Positions 9,472 to 20,514 of a DNA stretch of 64,000 bases are shown in pieces. The notes under the pieces were generated by a model. It was given only the letters and a program-made list of their open reading frames with translations, was not told the DNA's origin and did no database searches. The DNA comes from Azolla caroliniana (taxonomy: Eukaryota; Plantae; Polypodiophyta). The stretch spans positions 11,098,001-11,162,000 of the forward strand of contig JBHGNT010000021.1 in NCBI GenBank assembly GCA_043228905.1, read 5' to 3'. A program made the translations under genes and the position numbers. Position 1 is the stretch's first letter; each line of letters opens with the position of its first letter.

Positions 9472-10098
9472 AAGGGGAGGAAATTCATGAAGGTTATTAG
9501 GTTGTACTTGTTGAGTTTTACTTGTTCGAGATGTTTTCCTATTCCCTTCTATATAGTCCATCCTTCAGATGAGGCCTTATATGGAATAATGGCCGTAGAG
9601 GGCTCCACTCTATGAGAGGCATTTTGAAACTTAGGACAATGTTTGGCCAAATGGCCAAACCCGAAACACCCCAAACATTGATTAGGCAGACCTCGGTACA
9701 TGATTTTCTAAGAATACGGAGACTGTGTTGAGTCCAACAAATTGGGCAACAAAATGTGAGATGGCAATATTGTAGCCCTAGAAACCAGAATTTTAGCCGA
9801 TATCGCACCTAACATTTTGTGTCCTTCTTTTCGTGGCTTATCATATACCTGTAATACCGTACCAATTGTAGCAGCAATTAATTTGATAGAAGTTATCCAT
9901 TCTTTACACAAATTCGGAAAAACCATCATACATGTATAAAGAGAGTCATGTTCATGGAGTACCTGGTTTGCCGAGAAATTGTGGATCCATTTATGAAAAG
10001 AAACCCATCCTCCCTTGATCGCGATAGCTTTCCATTCTAACATAAATGGCACCATTCAATCTTATTCAAACTCGAGTTGATAGTAGTTCCTTCCTAAC
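9472..10098 (-). pseudogene. LINE (L1-like) ORF1 remnant, C-terminal part with zinc knuckle
   Basis: Minus strand near 9630-9690 reads GLPNQCLGCFGFGHLAKHCP (CX2CX4HX4C). DUF4283-like IAATIGTVL segment. Continues beyond the Copia insertion at 19115. Confidence 0.7.
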
Positions 10099-10534
10099 TG
10101 TTCAGAGACAAGCTCAACATCGGCCGGATCAGCTGAAGAAGCCGAGGACCAGATCGGTTGGGACCGATCGGTTAGGCCGAATGCGTAAACTGGTACGCAG
10201 ACCGGTGCGTAGGTAGGGCCGGATCGGTGAGGAAACCGGGAGGCCGTTAGGAAAGATATTTCGTGAGGAATATATTTGGGAGTTACTGTAGGAGCTCTCA
10301 ATGAGCATTGAAGTACTGTCAGTACTTCGGTCAGTCCTTCTAGGACTTGTATAAAAGTGTTCACTGAGCACGTCTTATGTACAGATCGAGTATTATTGTT
10401 GAATATAGTTCTTGTGATTATCAGTCTCTCTGTCTCTCCCGCGTATACTGCGTAAGATCAAGCTCTCCATTAAACCTGTGTTTTTCTTCCTTCTGTTCAG
10501 TCTTCATACTTGCTTCCGCACGTTACTCTTTACA
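10099..10534 (+). repeat. Copia 5' LTR
   Basis: TG...CA termini; direct repeat with 18679-19114. Confidence 0.96.
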
Positions 10535-10546
10535 TGGTATCAGAGC
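10535..10546 (+). promoter_or_regulatory. PBS (tRNA-iMet)
   Basis: TGGTATCAGAGC immediately after the LTR. Confidence 0.95.
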
Positions 10547-10606
10547 GCGAGGGTTGAGAACCTCTCTCCAGCCGACACAGCTTGACGAAGAAGAACAAGA
10601 AGAACG

Positions 10607-12374
10607 ATGGATAGAGGCATGGCGAGCTCGCTTCCAACAGAGAAGCTCAACAAAACCAACTACGCGTCTTGGTCCTACAAGATGCACCAGTACCTGCTCA
10701 GGCACGGCTACTGGAGTTATGTCGAAGGAGCTAATGACGCGGCACCCGAATCGACACATAGAGACTTCCCGTCGTGGGAGCAATCGGCGAGCAGGGTATT
10801 ATACTGCTTCGCGTCGTGTGTGGGCGAAGAGCTATTGAGCTATGTTCAGGATGCAAAGACGCCGAAGGGTGCATGGGAAAATCTGAAGAAGATTTTCGCC
10901 GCAAGCACCACAGCCAGGAAGCTTCAGCTCCGACGGGAGTTGAACAACCTACGACAACGCGACTTGTCGGTGGCGGACTATACCTCGAAGATCAAGGATA
11001 TCTGCGACTCCCTCGCCTCCATAGAGCTGAACATCGAGGAGAGCGAGATGGTCCAAATCTGTCTCGGAGGTTTGGCGTCGAAGTTCGGAGCGTTCCGAAC
11101 GGCTGTGTGTACCCGAGAGAATACGCCGTCCTTTTTCAACTTACAGTCAATGCTCCTGGTAGAGGAGAACCACGTGGGTGCGTCTACAAGCACGCACACC
11201 GATAGCAGAATGTTGTACACGGAGGGAGATAGGCCCCGTGGACATGGAGGATGAGGCGAGTCGGCGCGCAATGGAGGCGGCCGACGAGATCAAGGAAGAA
11301 GGCACCGAAGTGATGCCGACAGCAACTCCGGACCCTCCGGAAACAGGGGGAGTCGAAGCGATGAGAACCGGCAAGGGAAGGCCATCGCGGAGTGCTGGTA
11401 CTGTGGCAAGAAAGGCCACAGGGAAAGTGAATGCTGGAAGAAACACGCCGATTCGGAGAGAACCGGTTCCGGAAACGGCTCCGGACATACCGACAAGGGA
11501 AATCGGCAGCAGTCGCACTACGCCGAAGACTCCGGGAGAGCCGGAGAAGGGTCTGTCTTCGTAACGAGACACGAAGCAAACTCAATGAAACGGACCACCC
11601 CGAGATCGGACGAGGTGTGGTATGTAGACTTCGGCGCGTCGAACCACATGACGAGTCATAAGGAGTGGTTCTCGTACCTTGAAAAACCGATACAACCTGG
11701 AGTAGTCGCAACTGGAGACGACACTCCGCATCTGATCGCGAATGTCGGAGAAGTTCCCCTTAGCCATGTCGGGCAGAAAGGGAAACTCATGAACGTGTTG
11801 CACGTTCCGACAATCACGAAGAACTTGGTCTCAGTCGGACAGATCGTCGACCAAGGGATGGAGGTTCGGTTTACACACCTCAGGTGCTTCATTGAGGAAG
11901 AAGGCCATATGATTGCGCAAGGGCGCAGAGACGGGAGGATGTTCATCCTCGATTCCACTGACGGCGGCACCGCAATGTCCGCGAAGGGACAAAAATCCGA
12001 GTCCGACATCGACTTGTGGCACAAGCGGATAGGCCACGTCAACTACCAGCGGCTTCAAGATCTGCAATCGAAACAGGTAGTGTTAGGATTGCCCAAATTT
12101 AGTGGCCGAAAGGCACAAATTTGTGAAGCCTGCCAGCTCGGGAAGCAACACCGACTTCCTTTCCCCAACGAGCGAAACCGGAGCCGGAACAAGCTCGACC
12201 TTATACACTCCGATGTATGGGGGCCGGCACAAAACGTTAGTCTTGGCGGGAGCCGATATTTTGTCTCCTTCATCGACGACCAGACGCGGCACACGTGGAT
12301 CTACCTCATTGAGAGGAAGAGCAAAGTCTTCAACTATTTCCGGGACCTCAAAGGGTTCGTGGAAACGGAAACGG
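10607..12374 (+). pseudogene. Copia Gag, protease, GAG-pre-integrase and integrase N-terminus
   Basis: NYASWSYKM Gag; CWYCGKKGH knuckle; WYVDFGASNHM protease; LWHKRIGH, CEAC and IHSDVWGP integrase; internal stop at 11252-11254. Confidence 0.93.
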
Positions 12375-13183
12375 TGTCGTGCCTTTCGGCTCCGGATCGT
12401 TTGCGTGAGTCGGGTGGGAACCACCGGGGTTTTGGACTAGGAGGAGGAAGAATTTGAGGCTTGTGAATCCCACAAGTATAATTGTTTTAGTTTATCTAAA
12501 TCGTAGTAATAAATTGAAATAATTTAGAATAGATTAGAGTAGATTGAGAAAAGAGATCAAACCTTGTGAATCCCACAAGTATTACATTAATCAATATTTA
12601 TGTAAGAATATGAATTTAGATTGAAAGAGATAGATTATCTTAAACTTCGTGAATCCCACGAGTATATTTTGTTGATTGTTGGTGTTTTAGGAAATATATC
12701 CAATTTCCCAAATATTTTTCACACACCTATTACATTGTGCTCCCCATCCTTATGTAGTGATGGGAGAGACTAAGCATAGCTACATGCTTTTTTTCTAATA
12801 TGTTCATGCACACTAAATGTGCATGTGATGCTTTTCTAATCCTTGCTTTTATTTGCTAAATATAGTGCTCATGCACGCTAGATGTGCATGAGTCACTTTT
12901 TAGTCGCTTGCGTTTTTCTATAAAATATTCACGCACTCTAAAAATACATGATTTACCTTTTAATAAAGGTAGGCGCAAATAAAGCAGTTATAGTTATTAA
13001 ATCTATTTATAGAACACTAAAGATAAGGTAGCATAATGGTAAAGTTGAGGTTTGGCTACGTGGAGGTACAAGGTTCAAATCTTGCCCTATGCACGTGATA
13101 AATATCTTGATATTTTTATTTTATTTATTGGTGATAAATATCTTGATATTCTTATTTTATTTATTTATATGTAATTAAATCGG

Positions 13184-14833
13184 TTATATTATTTTTACTT
13201 TTTCACGTAGTGTACGAAATACACTACGACACTCGCCCCCTCCGAACCCGCACATCCTCCGGTATGTGCCGAAGTTGCCGATGCTCGTTGTCTCCCCTTC
13301 ATCCTCCGTTTGTCCCGCTATGTCAACTTTGTCTCTCCATTTTGAGTAGACCCATTCTTTCCACCCGAACCATTGTCGCCATCCGATCCACCATATTCTT
13401 TGTTCATTCTTTGCATTGCCATGAGTGGTTGTCATGGTCCCTTGTGGTACTCTTGAGCATCTCGGTGTGTTGTCTCTCTCCACTCCGCGCTTGTCTTCCG
13501 TAGGTTCTACCCACGTGTCGATGTCGACCTCCGAATACGCGCTCGCTGTTAGGTCCTTGTGCGGCTTTAATGCATGCTTTATTTCTCGATGTTGCGCATG
13601 CGTCGTATTAGGCCGTAGCGCATGCTTCGTATTCCATCGTAGTGCATGCGCCGTATTACCCCGTAGTGCATGCTTATTTTTGCACCGTAGCGCGTGCTTC
13701 TTTTTGCGCCGTAGCGTGTGCTTCTCTTTACGCCGTAGCACGTGCTTCTTTTGGTGCCGTAGTGCGTGCTCCGTATTACATGCTTCTCCCATCGTAGACC
13801 CGACCTTCGCGTTGTCATGCTTTTGTTTACATCGGAATTTCAGACGGATCATCTTCCATCCGAACCGGCTTCCGACTTTACCTTCCTTGTTGCCACCTCC
13901 CGTCTCTCCGGTCTCACGTTGGTTCTCGGACACAACCGCCGAAGTCTCTAGAATTAGTGGGTAGGAATCCTCGGTATTATCATCTTCCGTTGTTTCACCC
14001 ATAGCCATGTTCTCCTTGGCTATCTCTCCTTCGTATGCATCGGCTTCGACCTTCGTTTCGTTGCCGCCACTTTCCTTATCTTCGGTGTTATGTCGACACC
14101 CGGGCTCCAGTACCGAAGTCTCCGAAACAATGGTGAAGGAATCCCTTCGTTCGTGCTCATTTACTTTGTCTTCCTCGTTGCCCTTCCGGTCCTCCACTTT
14201 TCCACCGACACATTCCGTCTCTCCGGTCTCACGTTGGTGCACGGGCACAGCCGCCGAAGTCTCTGGAACCGGTGTGGGGATACCCTTTCGTCCTCGATCT
14301 TCCTCCTCCTCGTCCTTTGTTGGCCTCGACTTTGGTTCGGTTTTAAGCTCCCCTTCAATGTCGACTTGCGACTTTTCATGCATCTCCGAACCCTTCCGCA
14401 TCAAGCTCTCCTTCGGTGGTAGTCGGTGGCCGCTTTTCACCCACTGTTGACCGCCGTTCGTGGACCATGTCCTCGTCCGCTTCGGTCTTAGATAGTCATA
14501 TGTGTCTCGTATAGCTTCTTCAAAGGACTCCCACATCGGGCTTTGTTGTCGTATCTCGTGGATTCTCTCTTGAAGCTCATCCGTAGCCACCCGGTTGAAA
14601 GATAACACTTGCAATCTTTCTGAGATACCATATCGCAACATCTCCATTTTGTAGTCACGTAGATAGCGTGACACGTCCTTTCCATCGAATTGCCCGTTCT
14701 GTTGCACGAGCCGTTGTACTACTGTCGTGATCTCCGACATCTCGCGTTGTTCTTGTAGCATTCTCTCGAACATCATCATCATCATGTTCATCGCCTCTTG
14801 TTGATTCTCCATCTCCTTGCCACCCGCCTTCAC
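13184..14833 (-). CDS. Gag-derived ORF (549 aa) with an 8-aa basic His repeat; no pol
   Basis: N-terminal FDGKDVSRYL motif shared with the Gag at 27142 and 60209. HALR repeat array. The ORF reads through the PPT into the LTR. Confidence 0.75.
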   Translation of the reverse strand: MKAGGKEMENQQEAMNMMMMMFERMLQEQREMSEITTVVQRLVQQNGQFDGKDVSRYLRDYKMEMLRYGISERLQVLSFNRVATDELQERIHEIRQQSPMWESFEEAIRDTYDYLRPKRTRTWSTNGGQQWVKSGHRLPPKESLMRKGSEMHEKSQVDIEGELKTEPKSRPTKDEEEEDRGRKGIPTPVPETSAAVPVHQRETGETECVGGKVEDRKGNEEDKVNEHERRDSFTIVSETSVLEPGCRHNTEDKESGGNETKVEADAYEGEIAKENMAMGETTEDDNTEDSYPLILETSAVVSENQRETGETGGGNKEGKVGSRFGWKMIRLKFRCKQKHDNAKVGSTMGEACNTEHALRHQKKHVLRRKEKHTLRRKKKHALRCKNKHALRGNTAHALRWNTKHALRPNTTHAQHREIKHALKPHKDLTASAYSEVDIDTWVEPTEDKRGVERDNTPRCSRVPQGTMTTTHGNAKNEQRIWWIGWRQWFGWKEWVYSKWRDKVDIAGQTEDEGETTSIGNFGTYRRMCGFGGGECRSVFRTLREKVKII

Positions 14834-14846
14834 GTCGGGTTCACCA
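14829..14846 (-). promoter_or_regulatory. PBS (tRNA-Trp)
   Basis: TGGTGAACCCGACGTGAA, the complement of the plant tRNA-Trp(CCA) 3' end as recalled. Confidence 0.88.
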
Positions 14847-15603
14847 ACTGTGTCGTGCCTTTCGGCTCCGGATCGTTTGCGTGAGTCGGGTGGGAACCAC
14901 CGAGGTTTTGGACTAGGAGGAGGAAGAATTTGAGACTATTATAATTATGAGTAGATTATTAGAAACTTGTGAATCCCACAAGTATAATGTATTTTATTGA
15001 TTAATATTTATGGAAGAATATGTATTTAGATTGATAGAGAAAGATATAGAAATCTCGTGAATCCCACGAGTATAGTTTGTTAATTGGTGTTTTAGGAAAT
15101 ATATCCAATTTCCCAAATATTTCACACACAATTACATTGTGCTCCCCATCCTTATGTAGTGATGGGAGAGACTAAGCATAGCTACATGCTTTTTTTCTAA
15201 TATGTTCATGCACACTAAATATGCATGTGATGCTTTTCTAATCCTTGCTTTTATTTGCTAAATATAGTGCTCATGCACGCTAGATGTGCACGAGTCACTT
15301 TTTAGTTGCTTGCGTTTTTTCTATAAAATATTCACACACTCTAAAAATACATGATTTACCTTTTTAATAAAGGTAGGCGCAAATAAAGCACTTATAGTTA
15401 TTAAATCTATTTATAGAACACTAAAGATAAGGTAGCATAATGGTAAAGTTGAGGTTTGGCTACATGGAGGTACAGGGTTCGAATCTTGCCCTATGCACGT
15501 GATAAATATCTTGATATTCTTATTTTATTTATTTATATGTAATTAAATCGGTTATATTATTTTTACTTTTTCACGTAGTGTACGAAATACACTACGACAA
15601 CGG

Positions 15604-18600
15604 GACGTAAGATCCAGTGCCTGCAGTCAGATGGCGGGAAAGAGTACTTTTCTGGTCAATTCAACGGTTATCTACAACAAATGGGAATTCGGCGCGAATT
15701 CAGTTGTAGATACACGCCGGAGCAGAACGGCGTGGCCGAGAGGAAGAATCAGTCGATTGTGGAAGCGGCACGGGCAATGTTGGAGGAGAAGAGCTTGCCC
15801 AAGTTCTACTAGCCCAAGGCGGTAAGGACCGCGGTATACATCTAGAACCGGATCGGAGACAAAGTGTCGGCGCACAAGCTATATTTCAGGAACGAAGCCG
15901 AACTTGCGACACTTGAGGGTGTTCGGTAGCATTGCGTATGTGCATGTACCGAAGGAGAAAAGGAGGAAGCTGGACACAAAGGCCGAGAAATGCATCTTGG
16001 TCGGTTACTCGGACGAGCAGAAGGGTTATAAGTGCTATAACCCTCGCACCAAACAAGCGCGTGTCAGCCTCAACGTTGTGTTTGACGAGTCCGCGTCCTG
16101 GTAGCAGCCCCCGACTCCGAACCCCGACTCCAATCCGAGCTCTGACGATGAGGTCAGAGACGCCCGAGATGCCTCCGGATGAGCCCGAAATCGAGACCCG
16201 CGAAGAGAGTCCGATTTCACTCCATTTAAGTGGACCGAGTGGACCGATTGGACGACTGAGTCGGTACGACCAGTCCGATGAAGAGCCGGCGAGTAGTGGA
16301 GACTCGGTCGTGCATTCCCTGCGCAGGAAGCCGAGGAGACGGCTTACGCACAAAGAGAAAGGGAAGAAGAAGATGTCGGATTTCGGCACGGATAGGAACG
16401 AGTCAGACCGACGCGAGTCCGACTCCGAGGGAACCGGTGACAGGTCTTTAAAGGTGAAGGCCGCGTCGACCGAGAAGGCCTCGACTTCGGCTAATGCTAG
16501 ATTACGCCGATCTACCCGCCAGAAGAACCCTGTTTTGTGGTTCGGATACAACGAGTACATGACGCATCATTATGCATACATGACCCGTGTAGCGGAAGTG
16601 TGTGAGCCGGAGAGCTACGCAGACGCGGCTAAAGACGCGAATTGGCGTGCCGCAATGGAGGAAGAGATGCATGCATTGGCGGAGAACGAGACCTGGGACC
16701 TGGTTGGCGCACCAACAGGGGTAAAACCGATCGGGTGTAGGTGGGTGTACAAGGTCAAGTACAACACCGATGGCTCGGTCAACCAGTACAAGGCTTGGCT
16801 AGTGGCAAAGGGCTACGCGCAGAAACATGGCATCGACTACGATGAGACATTTGCGCCGACCGCGAAAATGATGACCGTCCATGTTTTGCTCGCAGTAGCT
16901 GCGGCGAAGGGGTGGCACTTACATCAGATGGATGTAAAGAATGTGTTCCTGCAAGGTGACCTTGAGGAACAAGTGTACATGGTATACCCCCCGGATTTCA
17001 CACTGGAACGAACTCCTCGGCAGTATGCCGACTAAAGAAGTCCCTTTACGGACTGAAGCAAGCCCCGCGTGCCTGGAACGCGAAGATCACGCAACAACTG
17101 CGTCGGATGGGCTTCATCACGTCAAAATCGGACTCTTCCCTATTCATCCGGAAAGGTCGACTCGGACCGGTTAGTATTTTACTATATGTTGATGACTTGG
17201 TCATCACCGGCGCCGACCTCGGTGAAATCGACCGCGTGAAGCTCCAGCTTGCGGCATCGTTCGACATGAAGGATCTGGGGGACCTTCATTACTTCCTCGG
17301 GATCGAAGTGATCCGTACCCGCGAAGGCATATTGATCAGCCAACGTCATTACATGCTGAGTATGCTCTTCAAATTCGGGATGGCCGACTGTAAGTCCGTC
17401 TCGACTCCTCTGGACAGAACCGTCAAGCTTCGTCCCGATACGGGAAAGGTATGCGACCCGACGAGGTTCCGACAAATTGTCGGAAGCCTCATATACTTGA
17501 CCATCACCCGACCCGACCTCAGTTATCCGGTCGGAGTGATCAATCAGTTCATGGCACGACCTACCGAGGAGCACCTTCATTGTGCGCAACGCATACTTCG
17601 GTATGTCAACGGCACTAAGGACCGGGGACTGCTATATCGGACCGGTGCAGCCGTGCAGTTAGTTGGCTACACCGATGTTGATTGGGCTGGCAACGCCGCC
17701 GATCGTCGATCCACATCTGGATACGCATTCTCCCTCGGGAGTGCCGCGATTGCGTGGAGCAGTAAGAAGCAGCCGATAGTTGCACTGTCGAGCACCGAAG
17801 CTGAGTACCGAGGAGCGGCCGTCGCGACATGCGAAGCCATATGGTTGAAGCGAGTACTTAAGGACCTGCAAGAGGAGGTGTCTGATCCAACGACGATCTA
17901 TTGCGACAACCTCAGCAGCATCCAACTCGCGAAGAACCCCGTCTTCCACGCACGGACCAAGCACATTGAGGTGCACTACCATTTCGTCCGTGAGCGTGTC
18001 CTTTCCGGTGAAGTCGAACTTCAGTACGTTCCGACGGATCGGCTGACTGCCGACATCTTCACCAAGCCTCTTGGTCTGGACAAGTTGCAGCAATTCTCAG
18101 CTGTGCTCGGATTGCGTCACCTCGACGTGCCAAACTTGAGGGGGAGAACAGTCCCGAACGACCAAGCAAGGCAGCAGGAAAGGAGCGGAGACCGCGACAC
18201 CACCGAGTCGGTTGACTCGGTTGTCGAGTTCGACTTCGGATCGGCTGAAGAAGTCGAGGGCGGACCCGCGGAAAAGTTCGGAAGAGGACAGAAGGGGAGC
18301 AACCGAAGGAGAGAGCCGAAGCTAACCACGCATGGGGAAGATGACGCCACCGAGGGCGAGAAGACCGAAGACGAGTTGGAGACAGCCAACTCGGACGGGA
18401 GCGAAAACCGATCGGGGGTAGCCGAGTCGGTTCGGATGTTTGATTCAGACACGCTGAATCAACCGAGGCCCAAGCGGAAGAAAAGGCAGCAGAAGAAGCG
18501 GCAACACCGCAGCAGCAGAAGAGCTGATGAGGGCCACATGAGCAGACAAGCCGACCGGAAGGGTCGAAGCGCGCGGAGTCGAACAGGTCGTGGAGCGCGA

Positions 18601-18684
18601 GCGAGGTGTGAAGCCAGGAGGAACCGGAGCTGTGAGCCCGAAGATCCCGAAGAGCCTCAAGTTGAGCTTGAGGGGGAGTGTTGA
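15604..18684 (+). pseudogene. Copia integrase core, RT and RNase H with a long charged C-terminal extension
   Basis: NGVAE and KCILVGY integrase; QMDVK, SLYGLKQAPRAW and YVDD RT; TDVDWAG, EAEY, DN, TKHI and ADIFTK RNase H. Confidence 0.95.
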
Positions 18685-19114
18685 GAGACAAGCTCAACAT
18701 CGGCCGGATCGGCTGAAGAAGCCGAGGACCGGATCGGTTGGGACCGATCGGTTAGGCCAAATGCGTAAACCGGTACGCAGACCAGTGCGTAGGTAGGGCC
18801 GGATCGGTGAGGAAACCGGGAGGCCGTTAGGAAAGATATTCCGTGAGGAATATATTTGGGAGTTACTGTAGGAGCTCTCAATGAGCATTGAAGTACTGTC
18901 AGTCCTTCGGTCAGTCCTTCTAGGACTTGTATAAAAGTGTTCACTGAGCACGTCTTATGTACAGATCGAGTATTATTGTTGAATATAGTTCTTGTGATTA
19001 TCAGTCTCTCTGTCTCTCCCGCGTATACTGCGTAAGCTCAAGCTCTCCATTAAACCTGTGTTTTTCTTCCTTCTGTTCGGTCTTCATACTTGCTTCCGCA
19101 CGTTACTCTTTACA
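18679..19114 (+). repeat. Copia 3' LTR
   Basis: Preceded by the PPT and followed by TSD CTAAC. Confidence 0.96.
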
Positions 19115-19730
19115 CTAACATTTGCACATCCACGATGTTGTCAACATCTTGTTTTAACGCAGCTTGTAACAGTAAACTTACATGATGGAAGAATCCCCAA
19201 CACACATGCAATGATCGTCCTCCTTTCCATCACTTGAATCTCTCTCAAAATATGAATCCTATCTTGTTCTGATAACAAGAGTTCAACCACATTGTCCGAA
19301 TTAGGAGTTGCATTTGGGTTAGCTACACTGGAGCCCCAATAAAGCTTATCGCGACCTTGTGTTGAGTGTTCATGTCTTGAACCTCCATCCATGTTCGTCG
19401 AACCATCACCTGCAACCCCATTAAGCACAGTTCTTATCACATCTGATTGCTTGTTATATGTTCCAATCCTAGCCTTTCCTTCAAAACATGATCCCTCCGG
19501 CGACCTTGACGCAACAACCTTCGCGGCTGGAATGGCCTATCCACTTGGTACTACAGTAACAGGTGAATATGCAGGCATCACCACTGTCTTATTCCCCTAT
19601 CCGGATGCTATCAGATCATCCATACATGTGGCGATTGTTCTAGTAGACGTAACAGATGAAGGCAAGGATTCATGGGGAGAATCCTTTCTCTATCTTATTA
19701 GTAATATCACCTTGCAAGAAAAAGAATCCC
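19115..19730 (-). pseudogene. LINE ORF1 remnant, N-terminal part
   Basis: RRTIIACVLG DUF4283-like segment; colinear with 9472-10098 across the Copia TSD. Confidence 0.55.
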
Positions 19731-20007
19731 CTTGAAAAATCCCAATGGACCTAATTTTTCAAAGAATTTTCCACGCCATCATTATGATCATTTTACCTCA
19801 CTACCATATATTTTCGATTGAAAGATAGTTCACTTCTTCGCAATTCGTTCATCGAGCATCGATGTTAGGTACCTGTCATCGATTTACTTTTTTTGAAGAA
19901 TTTTAAATGGTAGATTGGTATGGATTAATCGTAATTCGAACCCTACCAAGCAATATCTAGTTTCTTGCACTCTAGGTGCTAATAATCAAACTACTACCCA
20001 ACAAGAC

Positions 20008-20353
20008 AACTACTTTTTTGTTGAAGAAAACAAAGTAATCTTTTTATTTCTGCAACAAAAGATTATCTATTCATTGAACCAGACTGGTTGTTGTGAGTCA
20101 CACACCCATAGCAAAATCTTTCAGGGGATTATTTGCACAATTTAACTACCTTTCTGACTCCTCTGAAGTCTTCATCTAGGAACTACTTTTTTGTTGAAGA
20201 AAACAAAGTAATCTTTTTATTTCTGCAACAAAAGATTATCTATTCATTGAACCAGACTGGTTGTTGTGAGTCACACACCCATAGCAAAATCTTTCAGGGG
20301 ATTATTTGCGCAATTTAACTACCTTTCTGACTCCTCTGAAGTCTTCATCTAGG
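20008..20353. repeat. petB: 173-bp tandem duplication containing petB exon 1 (ATGGGT) and the group II intron 5' end (GTGTGAC) on the minus strand
   Basis: Units 20008-20180 and 20181-20353 differ at one base seen. Located downstream of psbH, as in plastomes. Confidence 0.7.
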
Positions 20354-20407
20354 AACCCCCGGCTATTACAGCGGTGGGTTCCAATGCACTAAGCCACCCT
20401 CTCTCTC

Positions 20408-20514
20408 CTACCAACTCATCGGAATACCATAAAAGAACAGATGAGTTGTAAATTTCCAGAATGATAACAAAGAATATAGCAAATAAGGCCATGAAGAATC
20501 CCATTAGAGGGGTA
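20408..20514 (-). pseudogene. psbH: psbH C-terminal fragment (NUPT)
   Basis: [28 protein letters not shown], then a frameshift, then GIPMSW*. Confidence 0.92.

Larger units (their letters stand above)
12375..15599 (-). mobile_element. Non-autonomous gag-only Gypsy-type LTR element (tRNA-Trp primed), nested in the Copia integrase
   Basis: LTRs 12375-13231 and 14851-15599 (TGTCGT...ACGACA). 4-bp TSD ACGG; removing the element restores the Copia frame ETETGRKIQCL. PBS TGGTGAACCCGACGTGAA; PPT GGAGGGGGCGAG. Confidence 0.95.
10099..19114 (+). mobile_element. Full-length but decayed Ty1/Copia LTR retrotransposon containing a nested Gypsy-type insertion
   Basis: 436-bp LTRs 10099-10534 and 18679-19114 (about 10 differences); TSD CTAAC; PBS TGGTATCAGAGC; PPT TGAGGGGGAG; Gag-PR-INT-RT-RH order with stops and frameshifts. 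Confidence 0.97.

Noticed and set aside
14829-14846. tRNA-Trp gene (also 27129 and 60065)
   Set aside because: Only the 18-nt 3' complement next to an LTR is present, so these are PBSs.
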